From a virus (lineage: Duplodnaviria > Caudoviricetes), in IMG/VR virus record IMGVR_UViG_3300032076_000035, positions 1 through 30,733 of that record: 30,733 bases of DNA; one strand, 5' to 3'. Both the position numbers and the translations under genes were made by a program. Shown here one piece after another: positions 23,470 to 30,733 of the stretch; position 1 is the first letter of the stretch; every line of letters starts with the position of its first letter. The notes under the pieces are model-generated. The model made no database searches, was not told where the DNA came from, and was given only the letters and a program-made list of their open reading frames with translations.

Positions 23470-24323
23470 CTCATGCCTGTTTGGATGTGGTGGACGAGGT
23501 GGCTGTCCAGGCCCCGTGGTCGTTTGGTCCAATCCCACCCGGCGCCCTCCGGTCCCCCAGCTACAAAGAGTCTATACAGATTGCCATTGACTGGTCAGTG
23601 GATTGGACGTTAAATAACTCTGATCGGCCAATTCTTGTAGGTGGCTATAGCCAAGGTGCTGAAGCTGCCAGCAGATTCAGAATGGAATTCGAGCCTGGCG
23701 GGAGGCTCGAACATTTACGGCAAAACTGGGTTTGCGGTTATGTATTTGGTAATCCAAGCCGGCATTATGAAACTACATACTTTGGTGGTCCAGGCACTCC
23801 ATGGGAAGGTATTGCGGTTTATCGGTTGCCTAATATTGGTTATGATTGGTGTGAGCTCATTGATCCTAGCGATCTTTACGGAACTTGCGCTCGCGGTCTT
23901 GTTGGTGAGATTGAGCGTGATGTCTATTCCTTGTGCACAGAAATGGAAATGCATTCAGGATGGCGTGAATTCGCTCAAACATTCGTAGCTAATTTGCTTG
24001 AAGTAGTACGCAATTTGGATGGAGATGCTTACGATGATCTGGAAGCTGGGGTTGCTCGTTATAACGTTGATCTTGAAGGCGCTACAGTGGCTCCAGTCGA
24101 GAAAGTTAAACCACTCAGCGATGGTCTCCTTTCTATACAAGGGATTGCTGCAGCTATCGCAGCTGCCATTGACGGATTAATATTTTTCTGTACATCTCCG
24201 CCGACAGCTAGTCATATAGAATATCATATCAGGGAAGCTTGGCCTGGAATGACTTATGTAAACTTGGGCATACAACATGTTCATGATTGGGTTAGGAATT
24301 ACAGTGAACGAACAAACGCGTGA
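23367..24323 (+). CDS. lysB: Lysin B (cutinase-like mycolylarabinogalactan esterase); frame lacks its own start before the first conserved strand
   Basis: G-Y-S-Q-G nucleophile motif, FGNP, D-LY and terminal HIEY His. N-terminal KPALLTFAGTW lies at 23403-23435, upstream of the first possible start (TTG 23481). Confidence 0.88.
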   Translation, partial: TEGPPGTEQPSGKPALLTFAGTWAAPGTGFPSDVAHACLDVVDEVAVQAPWSFGPIPPGALRSPSYKESIQIAIDWSVDWTLNNSDRPILVGGYSQGAEAASRFRMEFEPGGRLEHLRQNWVCGYVFGNPSRHYETTYFGGPGTPWEGIAVYRLPNIGYDWCELIDPSDLYGTCARGLVGEIERDVYSLCTEMEMHSGWREFAQTFVANLLEVVRNLDGDAYDDLEAGVARYNVDLEGATVAPVEKVKPLSDGLLSIQGIAAAIAAAIDGLIFFCTSPPTASHIEYHIREAWPGMTYVNLGIQHVHDWVRNYSERTNA

Positions 24324-24588
24324 TCCACGTAAGTTTTGGAGAGATGTTTTTGAACGAGTGATACGAGCATTTGCACAGGGTATGCTCGCTACATTAGTTA
24401 TTGGTTGGCGAACATTTGATAAGGGTGGATTACCTTGGCTTGATTCATTTTATGTTGGTCTAGGATGCGCAGTAATTGCATTATTGCTGTCAATGGCCGG
24501 TGGAAAGTTTGGCGATATCAATAGTGGTAGTTTTATACAAGTACTTGGGAAGAAGGAAAATGGCACCGACCAAGCACCCGCTGATTGA
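24304..24588 (+). CDS. Holin (r1t-like)
   Basis: AGGA SD + GTG 24304. KFWRDVFERVIRAFAQG...W...LLLSMA is the r1t holin signature; two hydrophobic segments; follows the lysins. Confidence 0.85.
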   Translation: MNEQTRDPRKFWRDVFERVIRAFAQGMLATLVIGWRTFDKGGLPWLDSFYVGLGCAVIALLLSMAGGKFGDINSGSFIQVLGKKENGTDQAPAD

Positions 24589-25003
24589 TCTTGTATACAA
24601 TAACGAAACGGGCACCTATATAGGAATGCTTGAACGCAAGCTAGTGATCATGACGATTGAGAATCTTAAAATGCGATCATTACTCGAATTGCTCACTGGA
24701 GACATGTGGGATGATTGCAGATTTGAGAGCGAAGATAAAGAGATATTTAAACTTGCGGTGGATACTCTTGAGAGACGACTTCAGATATCTCACCAGGATG
24801 CTATTGACATCGTTAACGAAAGATGGGAAGCAACTAATCCACCTGAGCTTGAAGAAACTAAGACGTGGTTAATTGGGCAGAAGCGTAAGCCACAAAGAGT
24901 CGTTACTCATTCTCGACCACTTGCTAGCCCGCCAGGTGTAGATATGAAAAAGCACCTACAAGGCTTGGAAGTTAGTCGCGAGCATATGCGTGATCAAGTA
25001 TAG
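24560..25003 (+). CDS. Hypothetical protein, last gene of the rightward operon
   Basis: GAAGGA SD before ATG 24560 (MAPTKHPLIDL...); 147 aa, helical, no recognised motif. Confidence 0.7.
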   Translation: MAPTKHPLIDLVYNNETGTYIGMLERKLVIMTIENLKMRSLLELLTGDMWDDCRFESEDKEIFKLAVDTLERRLQISHQDAIDIVNERWEATNPPELEETKTWLIGQKRKPQRVVTHSRPLASPPGVDMKKHLQGLEVSREHMRDQV

Positions 25004-25233
25004 TCTCTGGGGTCGAGGCCGCGCAGTTTGTCATATTGGAAACCAGTCCAAGATTGTTCGCCAGCTTTGACATATGGAAGCTGATGTACACCTTGTTCAG
25101 CTAATTGCTCAGCAAAAATTGGGTGAGCTACTACGTCCAGATCAACGTGCGGAATGTGATATTCGTCTAGCTTCTTCTTGGTATATTCACATTGTACGCA
25201 GTCCGGTCTACAATAAACTTGGACTTCATTCAT
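24994..25233 (-). CDS. nrdH: NrdH-like glutaredoxin
   Basis: VYCRPDCVQCEYTKKKLD...QLPYV..GEQSWTGF: CVQC active site and W[S/T]GF motif. Confidence 0.92.
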   Translation of the reverse strand: MNEVQVYCRPDCVQCEYTKKKLDEYHIPHVDLDVVAHPIFAEQLAEQGVHQLPYVKAGEQSWTGFQYDKLRGLDPRDYT

Positions 25234-27953
25234 TCGTCAACTCCTGTTCTGAGTCTAATTCCAACGTAGCAGCGATAATTTGTACCTTTGACATTTCGAG
25301 TTTCTGATCGCGGAACACCCATTTCTCTCATCAAATCAGTTTTTGAAATGACATTTCGTTCTCCATTACTGGCACACCAACGTTGATATAATTCATAAAC
25401 GGCATCTGCCGCTGGAGTCCAATCCAGCTCCCAATCGGATACAGTTGGTACTGATTTTCGGCGTAAATGTGCTTTCTGAGTAGCTTTTCGCCGAGCTTCG
25501 AGAGCTTCTGGAGTATTCTTTTCAATACATTCTGATATAAATCGTTGGGTAGGATTGAGATTGCCAACCACATTGCCGCATAAAGCTTGGACTTCTATAG
25601 GCCATTCTGAACGCTTAAGTCCTTGCCTACAATACATCTTGTAACCGTCAACGAGCCAAGATAATACAGCTTCACTACAAGTTTTTTCTATATCAGATTG
25701 TCTACTATAATTGCGATCTTCCATCGGAATTTGAAAGTCAAACGGAAGAACCATAATACGTTCTTGTAATGCTTCGTCAACATTCTTAATTTTAGGTTCT
25801 TGATTACAAGCTATGAGTGTCGTAAATTGTGGTCGGCCCTCGAATATTTCATTACTAAATTTGGCTTCGGCGGTAACTGTATCATTACCAGTCAATCGTT
25901 TGATGATACTGGCATCCATATTACCATGATCGACTTCGCTCATCCCGGCTACACGGAGTGGGACCGCTCTAATTAAGCCAGGATTCAATTTCTGATTTGA
26001 AAATAAATTGATATCAATGGTTCCGTAATAATCACCAAGTGCCGATCTAATGCCACTAAGCATTGTAGATTTACCAGTATCGTGCGGGCCATAAACGAAG
26101 ATCAATAACTTTTCTGGATTCTCTCCAACCAGAAGATGTCCCATTACCTTTTGGATGAAGTGTCGGACCTTAATATCTGGAAGGAAAATATCCAGATACT
26201 CTTGCCAAAGTTTATAGCCCTCCAATACTCCACATTCGTCAGCAGCCTCAGTGTCCCATGGGATGTAGGTGGTGTGTGTGTTAAACGTAACATAATCTTC
26301 TTTCTTGGCTGGTCGTATATATGGATCCCTATCTAAAATGAGAATACCATTTTCGCAGCCAAGCATCGCTGGATTACTATCAAATTCTGTACCCAACGTA
26401 GCGACTGGTTCACCTTGATAAAATAATGTTCTAGATTGTCTGAGCGCATTCAAAATAGGCTGCGAATTGCCTGATCTTAATGCCCATCGTTGCCACGAGT
26501 TTGCTATTTTCATCTGTACTTGATCGCCACGTGGTAACTTTTTTGCGTGGATCATCTGTCTTGCTTGAACTATACTAAATGCTCTATTGGCTAGTTTCTC
26601 ATCAATATCTCGATACCACTGTAAGCCATTCCATAGAACCCAGCTTTGTCTACTTTCAACAAACTTAATATTGTCTCCGAATAAATCTATGAAATGTCTA
26701 GCATTACCTGTATCAGTTTGTTCATATTGATCTGAATTATGCGCCGGACATCGTGGCATATGACTTATTACCGGCCCTAGAATATCAAAGTCACCATCAC
26801 TGGTAGAGATGTCTTCTTCATCTAATTTAACTCCCCAGTGATCTACATCATGTAGCGATGTTACGTTGCCTACCGCACATTCATCTTCTGGTATATACTT
26901 CCCAACACTAGGTTCAATCTTACTAAGAGTACCCATTACACTACGTTGTATCTCAGCCATCAGAACTTCAGGACCATCTGCATCACGATCTTTAAGTGTT
27001 TTCTTAAACCACTTATTATTGAAGTTTTGCATTGCGACAATCCAGCCGCTATGGCCTTCAGCACCAAGACGCAATATTTGCCAATGAGCCTTAGTTAATA
27101 AATCATGATGGCTAATACATTCAAGCAATTCAGCTAATTTCTTCTCGACAGCGTTTGACATCATGCGACACATCTCGCCATGACTGTCATTGAACGTCTG
27201 GTTGGCCCACTCCAATAGCTCGCCGCCACCTAGTGAACTAACTTCATGTTCAGTGGCTAACATTCTATTACATGATAAGTAATCAAGCCAAGCTTCTGGC
27301 AAAACGGTAACATCGCTTAGCGGCGGAATCGCTGCGGCTAGAGCGTCGATTGTACCGGCCTGAGAGCGATGCTCGTAATATGCGCCGTCGGGTCGCTTAA
27401 AGCGATACGTCGAACTTTCGGCATAAGGTACGTCGGGATTGAGCGAAGGCCATACTAACATGTACCTGTGAGCCTTTTGGATAATGTCGATTGCTGGAGC
27501 TGCTTTACCAAGGAATCGTAATCCTGCTGGCACCAAATACACTCTAACGCCCGAATGTGGACTCTGTTCCCAACGACTACTGCTACACACAGTTGGCGCG
27601 AGTTTCCCAAGTTCCGATTCCAAAGTTTGCAATTGTTCGTATCCGGCTTTGTCTGCGTAGTCATCTACGTCTATCCCTAACAATTCATATGCATTTGTTT
27701 GATATGGAGAGGCTTCTGGAAGAAATGAAGTTTCAGCTAATCGTAAAGCAATATTACTTCGACTATCCTTCTGCCATATAACAACTTGTTTATCATCAGG
27801 ATACAGTGCAGCCGCCCCAGTAAATCCACGAGGTGGCGGGTGCTTTTCATGATATGGAATTGGGATTGTTCCTAACCAACCTGCCTTTCTGTACAGTTCT
27901 GCGACAGAGTACGGACTGAAGTCATGCTGTTGCTGCTCAACAGGCATTGCCAC
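25230..27953 (-). CDS. DNA primase-polymerase / SF3 (D5/P4-type) helicase fusion
   Basis: N-terminal Prim-Pol-like (IPIP..EKHPPP.GFTG, NIALRL, GIDVDD). D5_N-like TDTGNARHF..W..WNG..W. Walker A GPHDTGKST, KRLTGND.V.A..KF, CNQEP, RIMVLPF. Confidence 0.92.
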   Translation of the reverse strand: MAMPVEQQQHDFSPYSVAELYRKAGWLGTIPIPYHEKHPPPRGFTGAAALYPDDKQVVIWQKDSRSNIALRLAETSFLPEASPYQTNAYELLGIDVDDYADKAGYEQLQTLESELGKLAPTVCSSSRWEQSPHSGVRVYLVPAGLRFLGKAAPAIDIIQKAHRYMLVWPSLNPDVPYAESSTYRFKRPDGAYYEHRSQAGTIDALAAAIPPLSDVTVLPEAWLDYLSCNRMLATEHEVSSLGGGELLEWANQTFNDSHGEMCRMMSNAVEKKLAELLECISHHDLLTKAHWQILRLGAEGHSGWIVAMQNFNNKWFKKTLKDRDADGPEVLMAEIQRSVMGTLSKIEPSVGKYIPEDECAVGNVTSLHDVDHWGVKLDEEDISTSDGDFDILGPVISHMPRCPAHNSDQYEQTDTGNARHFIDLFGDNIKFVESRQSWVLWNGLQWYRDIDEKLANRAFSIVQARQMIHAKKLPRGDQVQMKIANSWQRWALRSGNSQPILNALRQSRTLFYQGEPVATLGTEFDSNPAMLGCENGILILDRDPYIRPAKKEDYVTFNTHTTYIPWDTEAADECGVLEGYKLWQEYLDIFLPDIKVRHFIQKVMGHLLVGENPEKLLIFVYGPHDTGKSTMLSGIRSALGDYYGTIDINLFSNQKLNPGLIRAVPLRVAGMSEVDHGNMDASIIKRLTGNDTVTAEAKFSNEIFEGRPQFTTLIACNQEPKIKNVDEALQERIMVLPFDFQIPMEDRNYSRQSDIEKTCSEAVLSWLVDGYKMYCRQGLKRSEWPIEVQALCGNVVGNLNPTQRFISECIEKNTPEALEARRKATQKAHLRRKSVPTVSDWELDWTPAADAVYELYQRWCASNGERNVISKTDLMREMGVPRSETRNVKGTNYRCYVGIRLRTGVDE

Positions 27954-27969
27954 GGTTGCCCTTCAGAGA

Positions 27970-28335
27970 TTAAGTCACCAAATCGGCGAGTTTGTCCCAT
28001 AGTTCTTCTGGTTTATATCTATTGATTGTGCCTTCAAACTCGGCAACATCACGCACATAAGGTGCTACTGGTGCTTTTGGAAGACCATGTTCTGGACCTT
28101 CATAGTAAAGAGCAACCAGCACATCAGGTAGTCTATAAAAATCAGGTTCAGGCTGAAGCCTAGGATCATCAATGCTAAAGATTGGTTCAATAACTATAGC
28201 ATGACAAACGGTACAAATATTTTGCCCTAGCTGATCTTTCATTGTGGTATGGATATGTCTTTTTTCCACTTGTTCCCCGCAAATACATTTACCTATACTG
28301 TTGATCCAGCTAGGTGGATGATGACACGTCACCAT
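27970..28335 (-). CDS. Hypothetical protein with Cys/His clusters (possible Zn-binding)
   Basis: CHH..CIC and HIH..CTVCH motifs; in operon with flanking - strand genes. Confidence 0.6.
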   Translation of the reverse strand: MVTCHHPPSWINSIGKCICGEQVEKRHIHTTMKDQLGQNICTVCHAIVIEPIFSIDDPRLQPEPDFYRLPDVLVALYYEGPEHGLPKAPVAPYVRDVAEFEGTINRYKPEELWDKLADLVT

Positions 28336-28694
28336 GGACCCAGAGCAGGATCAGAATCACCCCAAAGTGGATCCGCCGCCTGCATCGGCTGGGCTGGTTG
28401 CATACTAGCTGTCATGCCACCTTCACCACTAAACGATACAGGGACTGGTTCTGGTTGTGGAAATAAAGCTGCTTGTTGCTGATCTGGATTCCATTCAGCA
28501 TAAAGCGTTAGAAAAGACTCGTCAAAATCGCCAAAGAAGATACCGAATAGGTATTTCAATGCTTCTTTCTTATCTCCATAAGCTGGTCCTCGGGCGATAA
28601 CTTTTGGTGTGGCATTATCATCCAATTCGACTATTTTCCAGGTCCAACCTCCTGGATCTTCATATACATCGACATGTTTGATAGTCATTGCCAC
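28329..28694 (-). CDS. Hypothetical protein
   Basis: GAGG SD; VYED..GWTWKIV...VIARG..Y..K..A resembles the small YegP/DUF1508-like fold; acidic Pro-rich tail. Confidence 0.65.
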   Translation of the reverse strand: MAMTIKHVDVYEDPGGWTWKIVELDDNATPKVIARGPAYGDKKEALKYLFGIFFGDFDESFLTLYAEWNPDQQQAALFPQPEPVPVSFSGEGGMTASMQPAQPMQAADPLWGDSDPALGPW

Positions 28695-28990
28695 TGCCTC
28701 AATCCGTCATCATAGTCATTTAAATAGTGTTCAGGATTACCCCAAACACGTAAGCCTTCAGTGATTATTTTAGTTGGTGTATCCATCCATGCACGTTCCT
28801 GCTTGACTTTTCTTTCAAACTTAATTTCACGAAGTTTTAAGTAAGTTTGGACTAAAAGCCAACTGGCCGCCATACAAATGGCGACCAATAAAATGTATTT
28901 CCAGAACACGATCATTGCGCCGGCTGCTAATATAACCAACCACTCTGACCTGTCTTTACGTTGATCTACAACGTACACAGTTTTAGCCAT
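28685..28990 (-). CDS. Small membrane protein
   Basis: GAGAGGA SD; hydrophobic stretch WLVILAAGAMIVFWKYILLVAICMAASWLLV followed by basic residues. Confidence 0.7.
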   Translation of the reverse strand: MAKTVYVVDQRKDRSEWLVILAAGAMIVFWKYILLVAICMAASWLLVQTYLKLREIKFERKVKQERAWMDTPTKIITEGLRVWGNPEHYLNDYDDGLRQWQ

Positions 28991-29030
28991 TTGGTTCCTC
29001 TCTAAACCTATGTTTACCTGCGCTTTTCCT

Positions 29031-29060
29031 ATTTTACCGGATAGTAACCGGGAAAGAAAT
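29031..29060 (-). promoter_or_regulatory. Possible leftward promoter (-10 TAAAAT) overlapped by an imperfect inverted repeat
   Basis: 93-bp AT-rich gap; ATTTTA at 29031-36 reads TAAAAT on the - strand; TTTACCGG-N7-CCGGGAAA at 29033-55; -35 match is poor. Confidence 0.35.
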
Positions 29061-29083
29061 TCTGAGAAAACTTGGACTTTTCA

Positions 29084-29755
29084 CTATATATATGCACCTC
29101 GTTTTCCATAAAGATGCGGCCATGCTAACGCTCTAAACTTAGAATTTGTTTTTGCTTTCCTAAGAAATAGGAGAGCGTGACGATCGGCATCACGGGCATG
29201 TTGTAAACTGCCATACGGATCGTACATGCCCCATTCCTTAAGCCTTTGATCTGAGCAAATTGTCTTTGCATCTGCTGGGCTTTGTACGTGATATTCCCTA
29301 CCATTAAGCCACATTGAGTAGCCAATAGCTGAAGTTATCCGAACTGGGGACAATAGATCGCGGTCCATTCGTAATGTCCTGAGTGTGAAATCTTCAATAA
29401 CAACTGCTGCGACTGGCCACAATTTAATAAATTCGGCCAAATCATAAATCCCAGAAAATTCTCCATCTGTACTAATCCCATCATGAAGTGAGGAGTGGAG
29501 ATTACCTCTGTGTGTACCGCAATCAACTTGTCCATGTTGGTGGCAGAATATATTATCCAAGAAATCAGCATTTGTTTGCACCAGTGATTCAGGATGAACG
29601 GAAAGCAATGACCAACCAGTTGTCCCGCCAGGGTCTATGGCAATCACTGTTGTCTCGCCATAAGTGATTTCGCTTTCAGTAATGTAGCCTTTGCGGCGTC
29701 GTCTAAACTTCGTGATATCAATAGTCGCGATACCACGCATTGGTGCAGTTGTCAA
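29084..29755 (-). CDS. ruvC: RuvC-like Holliday junction resolvase
   Basis: VIAIDPGGTTGW, VVIEDF, QSP..AK and HARDADRH give the RNase H-fold acidic residues; GGAGG SD + TTG start. Confidence 0.82.
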   Translation of the reverse strand: MTTAPMRGIATIDITKFRRRRKGYITESEITYGETTVIAIDPGGTTGWSLLSVHPESLVQTNADFLDNIFCHQHGQVDCGTHRGNLHSSLHDGISTDGEFSGIYDLAEFIKLWPVAAVVIEDFTLRTLRMDRDLLSPVRITSAIGYSMWLNGREYHVQSPADAKTICSDQRLKEWGMYDPYGSLQHARDADRHALLFLRKAKTNSKFRALAWPHLYGKRGAYI

Positions 29756-29772
29756 TGAGCACCTCCGTTAGA

Positions 29773-30717
29773 CTATTGACTTACTCTTGCCGCCGCAGGG
29801 TCCAACATCCATTCTTCATCATGAATAACCATATCATCGCCAACTACTGCAGGATTACCCCATTGACTGGTTCGTATCCCTTTACCAGCAAATTCCTGTA
29901 CACGATCGCGAATTGTACATGCCCTATCTACATCGCTGAGAAACTGGCATGAGCCTTTTTGGTAGCAGATTGGTTTGAAGATAGTACTTAGTTCATTGAA
30001 TTGCCATTCACTAGAATGTACTGGACCTAGCGATTCATCTGTTGCATATGTTTCTCCGCGGCCATATTCGCGTATGGCTTCCATTATTCGGAGCCAGACG
30101 AGTCTCCACTCGAATTGTGCTTGCGTACATAGTCGAAGCCCAGCATGTTCAAGCAGACCACGCAAGCTCGTGTTGTAATTGATCCGTGTAAGTAGGTTTG
30201 TTGGTAGCAAGCCCCTAGCATCTTCTGCTGGCATTCCAGAGTTGATGAGACTATTGTATGCATCGGTGATGTGTCTGACACAGTCATCCCAGACCACCTT
30301 CCAGTTTTCCTCTTGGGCCATTCGCTGGCCCTGGATGCTTGGCGGGTAGCCTACTGGAACATCTTCCTTGACAGCAAAACGTGTGGACTCTTGAGTGTAA
30401 GTTGCAGTTCGCTGTCTGACCATTTGGTGAGTAAAGCCCCTGGTGACTCCACTAATGAGGAAATGGAAATTGACAAATTCAAGTGGGGCAGCCAGAGCAT
30501 TCTTACGCACGTCGTCCAAATAGTGTCGTCGCTCCTCGTCACTAATGAGTGCGAGTGTCTCCACGTATTCGCCTTTGTACATTTTTGCAGCAGCTGCGAT
30601 CGTTCCCAAGGGGTCAGAATTACAACTGAGAAGCTGTACCCGTGGGCCAGATTCTTTGTCAATTGGCGCGGCTTTGAACATAGCCACGTCAGCCCATTTT
30701 TGAACATCTTTAGTCAT
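29773..30717 (-). CDS. thyX: Flavin-dependent thymidylate synthase ThyX
   Basis: PLEFVNFHFLISGVTRGFTHQMVRQRTATYTQESTRF, PAEDARGLLP, LR.LL..RLC..AQFEW; AAGGAGAGG SD. Confidence 0.92.
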   Translation of the reverse strand: MTKDVQKWADVAMFKAAPIDKESGPRVQLLSCNSDPLGTIAAAAKMYKGEYVETLALISDEERRHYLDDVRKNALAAPLEFVNFHFLISGVTRGFTHQMVRQRTATYTQESTRFAVKEDVPVGYPPSIQGQRMAQEENWKVVWDDCVRHITDAYNSLINSGMPAEDARGLLPTNLLTRINYNTSLRGLLEHAGLRLCTQAQFEWRLVWLRIMEAIREYGRGETYATDESLGPVHSSEWQFNELSTIFKPICYQKGSCQFLSDVDRACTIRDRVQEFAGKGIRTSQWGNPAVVGDDMVIHDEEWMLDPAAARVSQ

Positions 30718-30733
30718 TGTTCCTCTCCTTGCG

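Noticed and set aside
23481-23483. TTG 23481 as the true lysin B start
   Set aside because: No SD upstream, and it would delete the predicted first beta-strand and the G-T oxyanion-region motif (LLTFAGT) of the cutinase fold.
24277-24559. ORF-track starts at 24277 (holin) and 24476 (downstream gene)
   Set aside because: SD-supported starts at GTG 24304 and ATG 24560 give smaller overlaps and better N-termini.
25230-27953. Intein or intron in the 907-aa primase-helicase
   Set aside because: No C/S...HN-C/S/T splice motifs or LAGLIDADG blocks seen; the length is explained by the Prim-Pol, linker, D5_N and SF3 domains.
1-30733. tRNA genes, integrase/attP, IS elements
   Set aside because: The window is almost entirely coding with gaps under 100 bp; no cloverleaf, recombinase or transposase motifs were recognised.

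Overview
Central part of a long-tailed (siphovirus-type) phage genome that most likely infects a mycolic-acid bacterium (Mycobacteriales), despite an unusually AT-rich backbone. The + strand (1-25003) is one tightly coupled late operon. It runs: head-tail joining genes, major tail protein with an Fn3-like domain, two tail assembly chaperone ORFs in a +1 (not -1) frame relationship, a 2019-aa tape measure protein with two putative cell-wall hydrolase domains, minor tail/fibre genes (including a GC-rich, probably imported block), a putative exported Pro-rich protein, and a lysis cassette (lysin A, lysin B, r1t-like holin). The - strand (24994-30717) carries replication and nucleotide genes: NrdH, primase-polymerase/SF3 helicase, RuvC-like resolvase and ThyX. 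The most striking feature is in the lysis cassette. Lysin B has no start codon upstream of its predicted first beta-strand. It lies in the -1 frame behind an in-frame C_CCU_UUA slippery heptamer in lysin A, followed 7 nt later by a candidate H-type pseudoknot. Together with two SD-preceded internal starts in lysin A, this predicts a recoded, modular LysA/LysB lysis system sharing one cell-wall-binding domain. All calls are from reading the sequence and recalled family motifs; no searches were run.
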